Of a stretch of DNA of 64,000 nt, positions 24,179 through 37,664 are shown piece by piece (the first letter of the stretch is position 1; each line of letters opens with the position of its first letter). The notes beneath the pieces were generated by a model that was given only the letters and a program-made list of their open reading frames with translations, was not told the origin of the DNA and made no database searches. A program made the position numbers and the translations under genes. The DNA is from Okamejei kenojei (lineage: Eukaryota), in the NCBI GenBank assembly GCA_035221665.1, contig CM069161.1, forward strand, positions 6,200,001 to 6,264,000, read 5' to 3'.

Positions 24179-25001
24179 GGGGGAAGTAGCTCGGGTGGCT
24201 GTGAGCGGCCGCCGGGCCGGACAGCTGAACCGGCTGCCACCTCGGCGCCTTCTGCAGGCTCCCGCTCACCTCTGGCATCTCCCCGATCGCTGGCCTCACT
24301 CATGTCAGCCGCTTCCCGCAAATCCTTAAATTCCAACAGCGCGATTGAGGTTACTCGGCTGTGGGAATTTAAGGATTTGCAGGAAACGGCTGACATGAGC
24401 GAAGCTGGCGAGCATCAGGTGAGAGGTGTTCAGACGGTGAGCACTGCCAAAGGTGAGCGGACCGTCAGAAGGCGCTGAAGTGGCGGCCAATTCTGCTGTC
24501 GAGTCCCGGCGGCCGCTCGCAGCTACCCGAGCTGCTTCTATCCCCGGCCACAATGCGGTGGCTCCACGCCCGGAGCGCCGCAGCAGCGGTGAGTGAGTGA
24601 GTTACTGGCATTATCCCCGACCCCCTCCTTCTCAACGTTCCTGCCCTCACGATAACTTTACCCCTGGCACAGAATCTCCACACGCTGTGAAAGGAACTGT
24701 CCCCCAAATTGGTCCCTTGAACAAGTATTGTCATTCAATAAGATGATAACTGATTCAACTTTTCCCTGTGCTCCCATTTTTCCCCCACCATCTCTCCACC
24801 TGCCATCACCCTTCACCCTCCCACCCATTCAGTAATTCAGAATAAAGGAGACTTGGAAGCCTTTGGCAAATTGAATTGTTACTGTCTTTATTTTTATTTT
24901 TTATTTTTACGGACAGAACAATGTACGCATGCGCGGTTTAAGTTTTTTTTTAAAAGCCGACTGACTGCCTACCCTGAGTAATTACTCACGGCACGTGCCT
25001 G
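23538..25001. mobile_element. Non-autonomous hAT-like DNA transposon carrying an internal palindrome
   Basis: TIRs CAGGCACGAGCCGT / ACGGCACGTGCCTG; 8-bp TSD GTTGATAC / GTTAATAT; subterminal TGCCTACCCTGA motif at both ends. Confidence 0.8.
24002..24705. repeat. GC-rich imperfect inverted repeat with ~340-bp arms
   Basis: CATGTCAGCCGCTTCCCGCAAATCCTTAAATTCC...GGAATTTAAGGATTTGCAGGAAACGGCTGACATG at the centre (~24349); pairing continues to GTTCCTTTCATAGCG / CGCTGTGAAAGGAAC. Confidence 0.85.
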
Positions 25002-26049
25002 GTTAATATCAAGTCCTTATATTTCACATTTCCTGCATTCAGTTTCATTTCTTTTCTGCTGATAATCGCATAAATGTATTATTTGCTTTCCCTATTTAGC
25101 TCCTCAGACCCACCTTTCTTACTCACTCTTTCCCCTAGAAAAAAAAACATTATTTAATAAGAATCGTAACTTGGTCAGACAGTTATGGGATGGAATAGCT
25201 CAAACATTACTTGGTACTGTCGAGCCAAGAAGTTGTGCTTATTGAAGTAAATTAGTTTTATTGTTATAGGAAAGAACTGCAAGTGCTGGTCTAAACCGAA
25301 CACAGACACAAAATGCTGGAGTAACTCAGCGGGACAGGCAGCATCTCTGGAGCGAAGGAATGGGTGACGTTTCGGGTCGAGACCCTTTTACAGACTGAGC
25401 TGGAAGTATCCCAGTAGGAACATTGCCAATACTCTTCATTTCACAAGTTATGGGAGTAGAATTAGGCCATTCTACTCTGCCGTTTAATCATGGCTTCATC
25501 TCTGCCTCCTAATCCCATTTTCCTGCCTTCTCCCCATAACCCTTGACGCCCGTTCTAATCAATAATTTGTCTATCTCTGCTTTAAAAATATCCACTGACT
25601 TGACTTCCACAGCCCTCTGTGGGAAAGAGTGCCACAGATTAACTACCCCCTGACTAAAGGAGTTCCTTTCTAAAGGAGCGTGCTTGGTGCAAAGTCAGGG
25701 ATTTGCGGGTAAGGTGTTGGTACATGGAAAATCTACTTTTCACTGGGGCCCATGACCATGTCTGTCTATATTCATTACTGTGACTAACTATGTTCCTATT
25801 CCAGTAGCAGTACATGATATCTAACCTCCTCGACTCAAACAAGCTCGACTCAGAAGCCCAGTTCTGCTTTGGGCCTCTGGTGTCTCGGCATTGCAGGAAG
25901 AACGCTAATCCCCCTGAATGTTCAGAGCCCACAGCACAGTTATTCCCATCTGTTTAACTGCTCCAGCGCTGGTCCTCCCAGCGCTACTTTGCGTAATTGA
26001 AAAGCAAATAAACTTGAAATCTGAAATAACAACTTAAAATGTTGTTGGA

Positions 26050-26350
26050 AATTTCCTTTCCAAAATGATTTTATTAAACGTGAGCTTCCTCTCTGCCATT
26101 ATGCATGGAGCTCTCAATCCTATTTCCTCTAGCTACCGCACGTCTCCTGTCTCACCCTCATCCCTTCATGGAATAAAGATAGACTTTCCCCAGTTCTCAT
26201 CCACCATATCCAATACATTCAACACAATCCCACCACTAGGCACATCGTCCCCTCCGCTTGGTGGGTTTCACAGTGACCGCTCTCTCTGTGGCCTCCACGT
26301 CCACTGCACCTTCCCCACCCATCACCTCCTGTTCCACACGCCACCTTGAA
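26050..26350 (+). mobile_element. Degraded PLE ORF fragment (RT-endonuclease linker)
   Basis: SPPLGGFHSDRSLCGLHVH resembles the PLE linker motif (F/Y)RRDRSLRD.LV. Confidence 0.5.
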
Positions 26351-26456
26351 ACTTGGGAACGTTTTCAAATCTAGCAGAAGTGGGCTGCAAAATTAATTAA
26401 GGTAACATAAACAGTGAGTGTTACAAAAGTAAGATGTTAAAAACACAACAGATTAG

Positions 26457-26725
26457 GTCACTTAGGACGGAGATGAGGAAAAACCTCTTCACCCAGAGAG
26501 TTGTCAATCTGTGGAATTCGCTGCCACAGAAGGCAGTGGAGGCCAATTCACTGTCTGTTTTCAAGAGAGTTAGATTTAGCTCTTAGGGCTAACGGAATCA
26601 AGGGATATGGGGAAAAAGCAGAAACGGGGTACTGATTTTGGATGATCAGCCATGATCATATTGAACGACGGTGCTGGCTCAAAGGGCCGAATGGCCCACT
26701 CCTGCACTATTTTCTATGTTCCTAT
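26457..26725 (+). mobile_element. CR1 3' end
   Basis: RTEMRKNLFTQRVVNLWNSLPQKAVEA and 3' UTR. Confidence 0.85.
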
Positions 26726-27883
26726 GAGTGAGAATACACTTGCGTGGCACATTAAAGCAAACTGTACAAGCTCCTGCATATGTGTAAAAAAAACAGGTAA
26801 ACGAACAGAGATATAAGTTGGAGACACAAGGAAGAGCGGATCATGGAATCTTAAGCAAAACAGGAATTGCTGAAGGAGCACTTCTGGTCAGGAGGAATCT
26901 GTGGAGGGAAATGGAGGGACGAGAGGGAACAAGTCGAGGAAAAGGAAGAATGAAAGGAAATTGGAATAGTGCTGGAGTAATGAGTGGTACAGAACATGGA
27001 TAAATTCCCAGGGCTACATAATCTGTTTTCCAGGGTGCTGAAAGAAGCAGCGATGGAAATAATGTACGCATTGTTATCATCTTACACTATTCTATGTAAG
27101 TAGCACATTTATAAAAGGAGAGACAGACGGAGACAGAGACAGACAGCGGCAGAGAAACAGACGGAGACAGAAAGAAACAGAGGGACAGACACCAAGAAAG
27201 AGAGGGAAAAATACAGGGAACTACATCTTGGTTTCACCTCATGTCTATAGTAGATATATGCTGCAATCGGACAATGACAATAACAAGACACTTGTTATCA
27301 ACTGGATGACACAAAATCAACACTGATCTATGAAAGGGAAATTCATGCTCGACAAACTCACTGAGTTATTTACTGAGAAGTAACTGGCACAATAGATTGG
27401 CAAACCAGTTCGTGGTGTGGTTATCTGGGCTTTTCGGAGGCTTTTGATTAAGTGGGCAATCTGCAAAGTTAAAAACACAACAGATTCAGGATAATATATT
27501 GCCGTGGAATGAAAATTGGTTGACCGACAGAAAACATGGGTCACATCAGGATTCAATAGCTTGCTGACTTAAATTGAACTGCTGTACTAAAATTACCCAC
27601 CAGTCTGGTGGGTAATTTTACTACAGCAGCTCATCCGCTTAATTGAATTGAATTGAATACATTTGATTAGCCAAGGTTGTAAACGTACAAGGAATTTGCC
27701 TTGGTGCAGTAGACAATGCAAAATAAAACATTATAATTTAAACGTGTGAAGAATGAAATGAAATACCAGAGCACAAGGAGGCTACAGACCTTTGGCTGTT
27801 GAGTAGAATGGAAGGGCTTTACATTATGGTGAGCAGTGTTTGGAATGAAATAAGATCCTTAGCACAATTAGATTCAAGATTCA

Positions 27884-28540
27884 AGAGGTGCAGCAGGCTG
27901 TGAAGAAAGCGAATGGTATGTTGGCATTCATAGCAAAAGGATTTGAGTACAAGAGCAGGGAGGTTCTACTGCAGTTGTACAGGGTCTTGGTGAGGCCACA
28001 CCTGGAGTATTGCGTACAGTTTTGGTCTCCTAATCTGAGGAAAGACATTCTTGCCATAGAGGGAGTACAGAGAAGGTTCACCAGACTGATTCCTGGGATG
28101 GCACGACTTCCATATGAAGACTGGATAGACTTGGCTTGTACTCGCTGGAATTTAGAAGATTGAGGGGTGATCTCATAGAGACTTACAAAATTCTTAAGGG
28201 GTTGGACAGGCTAGATGCAGGAAGATTGTTCCCGATGTTGGGGAAGTCCAGGACAAGGTGGTCACAGTTTAAGAATCTTTTAGGACCGAGATGAGAAAAT
28301 CGTTTTTTCACACATGTGAAAATGTGAATCTGTGGAATTCTCTGCCACAGAAGGTAGTTGAGGCCAGTTCGTTGGCCATATTTAAGAGGGAGTTGGATGT
28401 GGCCCTTGTGGCTGAAGGGATCAGGGGGTATGGAGAGAAGGCAGGTACAGGATACTGAGTTGGATGATCAGCCATGATCATATTGAATGGCGGTGCAGGC
28501 TCGAAGGGCCGAATGGCCTGCTCCTGCACCTAATTTCTAA
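27884..28540 (+). mobile_element. CR1 ORF2 C-terminal fragment and 3' UTR
   Basis: QQAVKKANGMLAFI...LYRVLVRPHLEYCVQFWSP...EGVQRRFTRLIPGM. Confidence 0.92.
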
Positions 28541-29279
28541 CAGAACATAGTAGACAATGACTACAAAACAGATCAGTGTGTCCATATACCATTGTATAAA
28601 TATATACACACATGAATAAATAAACTGATAAAGTGCAAATGACAGATAATGGGTTATTAATGTTCAAAGTTTTGGCCGAGCCAAGTTTAATAATCTGATG
28701 GCTATGGGGAAGTAGCTATTCCTGAACCTGGATCTTGTAATTGAGGGGAGTAGCCCTGGAGCATAACTGAGGTGGCAGCAGAGTTCACATCTGTGGAAGA
28801 CTTCCACTGCACAATGTTGGAAGGTCAGAGAGACTCTTGTTGTGGTTTGGAGACCATGAGCAGAGGAAGTGCATTCAGCTGAAGATTGCCGACTTAAAAC
28901 GTTGCCTATCCATCCCCTCTGCAGATGTTGCCTGACCAGTCGAATTCCTCCAGCACTTTGCGTTTTGCTTAAGATTCCATCATCTGCAGTTCCTTGCGTC
29001 GCCATCAACCACTGTCTGCATGTCTGTTGACTTCCCTGCAACGGTGCTATTTTCGTACTCCTGATTTTGAAGTGAGCCCTTTTGAGTTTTGCAGTAGATT
29101 ACGAGACTGCTTGATCATTGATCACATTTTCCCAAAGTCACATTCCTTAATTCTGAACAGCAAGACAGCGTTGAATCATTTCCTCTGACTCACTCCCATC
29201 TAGTATTGTGCTTCATCCAGTCGATTATCAACCAGTCATACATCCGAACAGTAGCACTTTGCTGAAGCTCTTGCAAGGT

Positions 29280-29810
29280 ACGGGGGAAAAGGTTTAATAG
29301 GAATCTGAGGGGTAACTTTTTCACACAAAGGGTGGTGGGTGCATGGAACGAGCTGCCGGAAGAGGTAGTTGAGGCAGGGACTATCACGACGTTTAAGAAA
29401 CAGTAAGACATGCACATGGATAGAACATGTTTGGAGGGAACACAAAAAGCTGGAGAAACTCAGCGGGTGCAGCAGCATCTAAGGAGCGAAGGAGATAGGC
29501 GACGTTTCGAGCTGAAACCCTTCTTCAGACTGATGGGAGGTGGGGGGTGGGGAGGGGGGGCGGGGAGAAGAAAGGAAAAAGGAGGAGGATGAGCCCGAGG
29601 GCTGAGGGAGAGGTGGGAAGGGGAGGAGACAGCAAGGGTTAACAGAATTGAGAAATTCAATGTTCAAGCCAAGAGGATGCAGACTTTAACACATGTTTGG
29701 AGGGATAATGGCCAAACGTAGGCAGGTGGGACTAGTGTAGCTGGGATATGTTGGTCGGTGTGGGCAAGTTAGGCCGAAGGGCCTGTTTCCATACTGTATC
29801 ACTCTGTGAC
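29280..29810 (+). mobile_element. CR1 3' end with a nested minus-strand PLE 3' fragment (~29440-29687)
   Basis: The CR1 sequence ACATGTTTGGAGGGA is repeated on both sides of the insert; the insert encodes ...NIEF and carries the hammerhead-like terminal repeat. Confidence 0.8.
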
Positions 29811-29934
29811 AAACGTTAAATAAAAGGCTTCACCAATTTGCATGGAGTTATTGGTATTGGTTTATCTTTGCTACATGTGCTGAGGTGCTGTGAAACACTT
29901 TGTATGCTATCCATCAAATCATAAGGGGAGATGT

Positions 29935-30446
29935 CAGAGAGTAATGGTGGATGGCTGTTTGTCAGGTTAGAAGCCGGTGACCAGTGGGGTGCCTCAGGGA
30001 TCTGTATTGGGTCCACTGTTGTTTGTCATGTACATCAATGATCTGGATGATGGGGTGGAAAATTGGATAAGTAAGTATGCAGATGATACTAAGATAGGTG
30101 GTGTTGTGGATAATGAAGTAGATTTTCAAAGTCTACAGAGAGATTTGGACCATTTGGAAAAGTGGGCTGAAAGATGGCAGATGAAGTTTAACGCTGATAA
30201 GTGTGAAGTGCTACATCTTGGCAGGACAAATCAAAATAGGACGTACATGGTAAATGATAGGGAATTGAGGAATGTTGTGGAACAGAGAGATCTAGGAATA
30301 ACTGTGCATAGTTCCCTGAAGGTGGAATCGCATGTAGATGGGGTGGTAAAGAAAGCCTTTGGTGTGCTGGCCTTTATAAATCAGAGCATTGAAAATAGGA
30401 GCAGGGAAGTAATGTTAAAATTGTACAAGGCATTGGTAAGACCAAT
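29935..30446 (+). mobile_element. CR1 reverse transcriptase fragment
   Basis: TSGVPQGSVLGPLLFVMYINDL...KYADDTKIGG...WQMKFNADKC...DLG in ORF 29977-30456. Confidence 0.95.
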
Positions 30447-31029
30447 TCAGCCATGATTGAATGGCGGAGTGGACTCGATGGGATGAATGGCCTACGTTTC
30501 TCCAGCTTTTTGTGTAACCTACAAACCTGTATGTCTTTAGAAAAGGGGATGGAAACCGGTGCACCCAGAGAACACCCAGGCAATCACTGGGAGACGTACA
30601 AACTCCAGACAGACAGCACCCGTAGTCGGGATCGAACACCGGTCTCTGGCGCTGTAAAGGGGCAACTTTACCGCTGCGCCACCGTGTAATAATAATTATG
30701 TTGTTTTTTTTGGTTTACCTACAAAGAGTGTTTCATTTCTTCATATTTTATTCTATTCAGTATTCAAGGAAGGAAATATTTATGAGAATTATCTGAACAA
30801 CAAGATAAAGTCGGAGAAGGTCTCGGAGAAATGTGGTGCAGATGGGTGGTGCTCCGCTATGAAGCGTGGAGGGTTTCGGCAGAACACTGTGACTGCTGAC
30901 AGCCGCTGCATCTCCAAACAAGATCAGCTCACAATCGTCGAGCGGGAGTCTAAAGCAGCGACAGGGGAGGAGAGGTCTAAGAAGCGTACAGTTGGTATTG
31001 TTGAAAGAAGGGCATAAAATCCGGTTTAC

Positions 31030-31725
31030 ACAAAAGGACACAAAGTGCTGGAGTAATTCAGCAGCTCAGGCAGCACCTCTGGAGAACGTGGATAGGTGAC
31101 ATTTCGGGTCGTGAATCAGTCTGAAGAAAGGTCCCGTCCCGAAACGTCACCCATCCATGTTCTTCAGAGATGCTGCCTGAGCTGCCGAGTTACTTTGTGA
31201 CCTTGTTATTGATTAATCATTGCCACCTGTACCGAGATGCAGAGACAAGCTATTGTTTGTGCGCTATCCATCCAAATTAGATACTCTCCCTCGAGGGAAG
31301 GAATGGATGACATTTCGGGTCAAGGCCCTTCTTCAGACCAATTAGGGAAAGGAGAAACAAGAGATATAGATGATGGTATAGAGAGATAAAGAACAATGAA
31401 TGAAAGAATAAAAGAGCAAAAAAAAAAGATGATAAAGGAAATAGGCCATTGTTAGCTGTTTGTTGGGTAAAAACACTATTTCTCATTTCCCTTTTCCCTT
31501 TTCCGAAACAGCTAACAAAGGCCTATTTCCTTTATCATTGGTAGTTTTTTTACATATCTTTAATTCACTGTTCCTTATCTTTCTACATCATCGTCTATAT
31601 CTCTCGTTTCCCTTTTCCCTAACTAGTCCGAAGAAGGGTCTCGACCTGAAAAGTCACCCATTCCTTCCCTCCAGAGATGCTGCCTGTCCCGCTGAGTTAC
31701 TCCAGCTTTTTGTGTCTATCTTCAG
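31030..31725. mobile_element. Two palindromic PLE-derived repeats
   Basis: Short inverted pair at 31030-31200; long pair with ~180-bp arms at about 31290-31465 and 31505-31722. Confidence 0.8.
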
Positions 31726-32789
31726 GCGGACACAGGCTGGGTTAAGATCTGGTTAATGTTCAGGGCGAGGAAGAGAAACCAGGACGCCACAAGTGCTTTG
31801 TTGTTCATAACAAGTTTGTAATAAGTTCTGGGACAGAATTAGGATATTCCACCCATCAAGTCTACTCCGCCATTCAATCATGGGCGATCTATCTTTCCCT
31901 CTCAACCCCATTCTCCTGCCTTCTCTCCATAACCCCCGACACCTGTACTAATCATGAATCCATCTATCTCTGCCATACAAATATCCACTGACGTGGCCTC
32001 CTATCACTGATCGGCACGGATGCGGAGGGCCTTAGGGCCTTTTTCCAGGGCTGTAGGGCGTGTCTCTAAACTGAACTAAAAATAAACTAATCTAAACTTC
32101 TGGTGGAACCGCTTTAGTATCTCGAGGGCATGCAACGATTTGGTCCTGGATGCTTCTCATGAAATTGCATGGCACTACACAAATTCCACAAACCTTTGCC
32201 AGGAGGATCCAAGCTGGGCAGAGCAGAACCATTTGGTAAAGTAAATTGAGACACAGCTGGAGGATGCGGGGAATGCCAGTAAGTTTGGTCATTGTTTACG
32301 CAGTCAGCCAGATGTGGCCCTTATGTGCTGCATTAACCCTTTGCTAACCTCCGCTGCACAGCATTCTCCTCATCAGATAATGTTAGGGTAGCCAGTCGGA
32401 ATCTTAGAGTCAAAGGGTCACACAGCACAGAAACAGGCCCTTCAGCTCAACCTGCTTATGCCAACCAGTCCTATCTACACTGGTCCCACCTGCCACATTT
32501 GGCCTATATCCTTCTAAACAATTCATATCCATGTACCTGTTCAAATCAGCCTCCTGTGCTCCATGGAATAAAGTCGTAGCCTGCCCAGCCCTACAGCTCA
32601 GGTCTTCAAACCCTGGCAACATCTACAGTATGTAAAACCTTATTTCCAGGGTTAAAATGCCAATGGCCAGAGGGACATACTTTAAAGGTGAGAGAGGCCA
32701 AAGCTTAAAGATGTCCTGGGCAAGTTTTCTTCCCTCCCACACCGAATGGTGGGTGCCTGGAACACATTGCCAAGAGGTGGTGGTGGAGC

Positions 32790-33260
32790 CAATAGACAAT
32801 AGGTGCAGGAGTAGGCCATGCGGCCTTTCGAGCCAGCATCGCCATTCACTGTGATCATGGCTGATCATCCACAATCAGTACCCTGTTCCTCCCTTCTCCC
32901 CATATCCCCTGAGAATTGGCCTCCACCGCCTTCTGAGGCAGAGAATTCCACAGATTCACAACCCTCTGTGTGAAAAGGTTTTTACTCATCTACGTTCTAA
33001 ATGGCTTACCCCTTATTCTTAAACTGTGGCCCCTGGTTCTGGGCTCTCCCAACATCAGGAACACGTTCCCTGCCTCTAGCGTGTCCAAATCCTTAATAAT
33101 CTTATATGTTTCAATAAGATATCCTCTCATCCTTATGAGTTCCAGAGACTACAAGTCCAGCCGCTCCATTCTATCAACATATGACAGTCCCGCCATCCCG
33201 GGAATTAACCTGGTGAATCTACGCTGCACTCCCTCATGAGCAAGAATGTTCTTCCTCATA
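32790..33260 (-). mobile_element. CR1 3' fragment
   Basis: Same subfamily as 1385-1903. Confidence 0.88.
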
Positions 33261-35194
33261 TGTAGTGGCATTTAAGAGGTTGTTTGATAGGCAGATGGAC
33301 ATGCAGGGAACGGAGGGACATGGATCATGTGAAGGCAGATGGGATTGGTTCATGTTGGCATCGCATTCGGCATGGACAAAGTGGGCCGAAGGGCCTGTTC
33401 CTATCTTCTATTTTTCTATCTTCTAATAGTTACAACGACTTCAGTTTCCTCTCCCATAGATACAGTTTTTCTATATTTTCTTATTTATGCATGAGGTGCA
33501 GAAGTGGGCGGCAACCCGAGCATTTATTGTCCAACCCTAATTGCCCATTGAGGAGGCAATTAAAGATCAATAACTTTGGTGAGTCCAGAGTAACATTTAA
33601 ATCAGATGGTTTACGGGTGACAGCGCTCCTTCCCTCAAGGACATTGCGGTGACCCAAACCAGTACAACCTGGCTTACAATTACAGAGCCCATTTTATTTC
33701 CAATTCCAGATTTGTTCAATTATTTAAATTGAAGTTTCCGGCTGCCATGGTGGGATTTGAACACGTATCGCAGGATCAATTATCCAAAACTCTGGTTGCC
33801 ACTACGCGTCTGTTCCCAATTAGCCCTTCCTTCATTTTCTTTTTGCTCTTTTTGTTAATCATTTCCTTTCTCACCATCGTCTTAAAAGATCTCTTGCATG
33901 CTCCTCCCTGGACCTCTATTCATTTGGTTCAGCGGCTCATCAAAAGTTCTTGCTCTACGTAATTCACGGAACAAGATAATGAAAGGTTAGAGTTTTAACA
34001 TCCCATAGGACACAGAAGTTGCACCAAGCCACTAATTAGGTACATTTCCAAACCGAGTTTATCAGGAGCACCACAATTCATTTTCCAAGCAAAGAAGGGC
34101 CTCGACCTGACTATTCCTTCTCTCCAGAGATGCTGCTTGACCCGCTGAGTTACTCCAGCTTTTTGTGTCTGTCTTCATCTGGAGAAACTCAGCAGGTCAG
34201 GCAGTGTCCATGGAGGGAAGTGGACAATCGATACTTCAAGGTCAAGGCCCTCCAGCTCGATTTCCTCCATCTGTTTGATTTTTGCTCCCGAATTCGGCAT
34301 TCCGCAGAATCTCGTGCCGACGTTCCTTTTTCATGTCACCATGCCTTTCCCTTTCCCGTCTGAGCACATCAGCACTTCACAAGCTAATCTTCCAAGGCCT
34401 GCATGCGCTCATTAAATGGAATGGAAACCTTCAATGCAATTTTAAATGGAATGAGATCTACCATGAATATTGTGGACATGCATTGAATTGCTGAGAACCA
34501 ATCCTAGTTACAGCTCCAGAATCATTGGTCTTCCAGAGAAGTGATGAATTCACCATGGCTGACAAAGTCTGACCTTCAATCCTCACAGTTAACGGGTCAT
34601 AGAGTCTTGCAGTGTGGAAACAGGCCCTTCGGCCCAACTTGCCCATGCTGGCCAGTATGTTCTGTCTACACTATTCCCACCTGCCTGCGTTTGGCCCATA
34701 TCCCTCTAAACCTGTCCTATCCATGTAACAGTCTAAATGTTTCTTAAATGTTGCGATAGTACCTGCATTCGCTACCTCCTCTGCCAGCTCGTTCCGTACA
34801 CCCACTCTTTCCCCCCTAACCTTAAACCCGTAAACCTCACCTTAAACCTCCCTTTGGGTAGGTAATGCCGGAGAAGAGAGTCAGTCAATGGAATAGATGA
34901 AAGGATCGGTCAGTGCCTTTCTCCATTAGGATATGAAGCATTGGTTGTGTTCTCTTCCCACAGGCACTGCTTTACACACTGAGCGTCTGCAGCTTTGTCT
35001 TCTGTTTTCATCTCGGTTTTTTATTTCGGTTTTTTACCATCTGCAGTTTATCTTTTCAATTTAGACCCTACCTCCTTGATCAAGCTTTCTGATTGCCTCT
35101 GCCAACATGTATCTGTGTCAAATCTTGTTTCTTAAATCTTGAGATTTGTTATAATACAGCGTGCTAGAGTGTTACTACATAGATGGTGGTGGCC

Positions 35195-35510
35195 TGTCGG
35201 TAACGTCGATGGCGGGTTGCGCAGTCTCAATTCTGGCGAGTTCTGACACGTCTCACGAATCCAATCCGTGAGGCGCATACTTGAGTGGCAGCGTGTGCTG
35301 TCGCAGGCGCAGGCTTCCAGTTGCTTGGGCGTAGGACCACAATAGTGGAGATGGACCTTGACGCAATCTTTGTACCACTTCCTGGAACGCCACCGGTTCC
35401 TTTGTCCATGGGAGATCGAGCCGTAGAAGACCTGTCGCGGCATGCGGGTTTCATCCATCCGGATGACGTGCCCAGTCCATCGTACATAACTGTCGCCCAG
35501 TCCATTTACT
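35195..35510 (-). mobile_element. RTE (BovB-like) LINE C-terminal fragment
   Basis: RWTGHVIRMDETRMPRQVFYG...GQRNRWRSRKWYKDCVK matches the RTE-clade W.GHV.RM...R.P...LYG...G.R..G...K.YKD motif. Confidence 0.8.
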
Positions 35511-35889
35511 ACATAACTGTAGCCTTAATAACCAAGTAAACTTGTCTGATCTCAGAAATTAAATGTTATTCAGCATGATTAGATGTTGAACAGGGAATTA
35601 CTTAGAGATACAAGATGAGATCTGCCACAACAGCACTCTGGCTGAAAGCACCTCCGATATTCAGCATATCACAGCAAAGATGCCCAATGGCAACAAGTGT
35701 CCTTGACATTCACATGAATGTAAATTATTGTTATTGAAGTTGATATCAGAATACTGTATAATATTATCTGCAATAAAACCAATGCACTTTCATGTTTGCA
35801 ATATCGCCCTTCATCTCCTCGAACCACCTCAATTGATCCCAACATTACCTCCCATAGTGCTCTCAATGATTAATATTTAATCCCAATGA

Positions 35890-36428
35890 ATGTGAGCAAT
35901 TCTGGGCTCCATTTCTGAGGAAGGATGTGCTGGCTCTGGAGAGGGTCCGGAGGAGGTTTACAAGAATGATCCCAGGAATGAGTAGGTTAACTATGATGAG
36001 CGTTTGTCGGCACTGGGCCTGTACTCACTGGAGTTTAGAAGAATGAGGGGAGGGTATCATTGAATAGTGAAAGGCTTGGATAGAGTGGATGTGGAGAGGA
36101 TGTTTCCACTAGAGGGAGAGTCAAGGACTAGAGGTCATAGCCTCAGAATTAAAGGACGTTCTTTTAGGAAGGAGATGAAGAGAAATGTATTTAGTCACAG
36201 GGTGGCGAATCTGTGGAATTCTTTGCCATAGAAGGCAGTGGAGGCCAAGTCAGTGGATATTTTAAAGGCAGAGATAGATACATTTTTGATTAGTACAGGT
36301 GTCAGAGGTTGTGGGGAGAAGGCAGGAGAATGGGGTTAGGAGGGAGAGTTAGATGTGCTATGATTGAATGGCGGAGTAGACTTGATGGGCCAAATGGCTT
36401 AATTCTACTCCTATCACATGACCTTGTG
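35890..36428 (+). mobile_element. CR1 3' fragment
   Basis: FWAPFLRKDVLALERVRRRFTRMIPGM through the 3' UTR. Confidence 0.88.
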
Positions 36429-36703
36429 AATGACCCACAATTCAATCAATCTCTTAAAGCACAAACTCAGAACTAATATTAGCCTGGCCTTTATCAGGTT
36501 CAGGCTGATTTGCAGACAGAAAGTGGTCTGAGGACCTAGCAGAATTCACTTCCACATCTCATTTGAAACTTTGGGGTGAGCTTTCACCATAGCACAAGGC
36601 AGTTGACAATCTTGTATTGACTAATTGATTGATTGACTGACACAACATGGAAACAGGCCCTTCGGCCCATCGAGTCCACACCGACCACCGATCACCCGTC
36701 CAC

Positions 36704-37100
36704 AATCGTCGGTGGAAATGGTTTACGGCACAACTCTGAAGCTGCCCGGCGAATTTGTCGAACCGATCCCCACAGGCAGATCCTATGATCCCAGCAGGTA
36801 TGTCGATCGATTACGGCGAACTATGCAGCTACACAGGCCAACACCGACACGGCGGACACCTGTAATGGTCTATGTGCCTGCTGACCTCCCGCACTGCAGT
36901 AAAATCAACCCGCCAGACCGGTACGGGGCAAGGCAAAGCCAGGCAGTCGCCACCTTGTATGACCCAGTGGCTGAGGGAGGGAGCTGTGGCACTGTCACGC
37001 TCGGTTTTGCATACAGTCCCGTCACCGCTGGCGACTCACCAGCAGCCTCACCAGAAGATCCAGCCCCGAGCTCAATAACAACTCCAAGGTCAGACGCACT
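36704..37100 (+). mobile_element. Gypsy LTR retrotransposon fragment (integrase C-terminus, PPT, start of 3' LTR) nested in a V-SINE
   Basis: SSVEMVYGTTLKLPGEF...YVDRLRRTM...VYVPADL is typical of post-core Gypsy integrase; purine tract GAGGGAGGGAG (36973-36983) precedes TG (36985); V-SINE halves flank it (~36640-36703 and ~37255-37480, minus). Confidence 0.7.
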
Positions 37101-37664
37101 AATTGGCCTTACCTGCCCTCGGGTTATGATTGGTGGGAATGTAGGTAAGGGGGCTACTGGAATAAACATGACACAAGGTGTCTGGCTCAGCAAAGTGTCG
37201 TTTGTTCTTTGCTTTCTGCCGTGGGATTCAGTAGATCCTACAAGTCCCACTTTTGCCTCCACTCCTTGCACACTGGAGCCAATGTACAGAGGCCAATTAA
37301 CCCACAAACCTCGCACGTCTTTGGGATGTGGGGGGAAATTGGAGCATGCAGAGGAAACACCACGCGGTCACAGGGAGAAGGCGACATCACCCCGCAGTCA
37401 GCACCCGCGGTCAGGATTGAACCCGGGTCTCTGGCGCTATGAGGCAGCAGCACTACCAGCTGCACCACTCTACTGCCGTGCAGTAAGCCTCTGAATGAAG
37501 TTTATTGTCATTGTCAAATATTTTGTCCAGTCGCTTTTTCTTTGACTGCTTTTGTTTGCATTTGCACCCAAATTAAAAGAAATGGAACACATTCCCAGTT
37601 GATAGTCAAAACCTGCAGCCTAGTTGGTTGGACAGTACATGAAGCCAGATTGTAAACAATCAAC

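Noticed and set aside
23744-24734. Gly/Pro-rich ORFs in a CpG-rich patch suggesting a first exon or promoter
   Set aside because: They lie inside a TSD-bounded transposon; the amino-acid runs come from G homopolymers and the two-strand ORFs from the palindrome.
36712-37494. Longest ORF (260 aa) as a host gene
   Set aside because: It is a chimera of Gypsy integrase, LTR and antisense V-SINE sequence.
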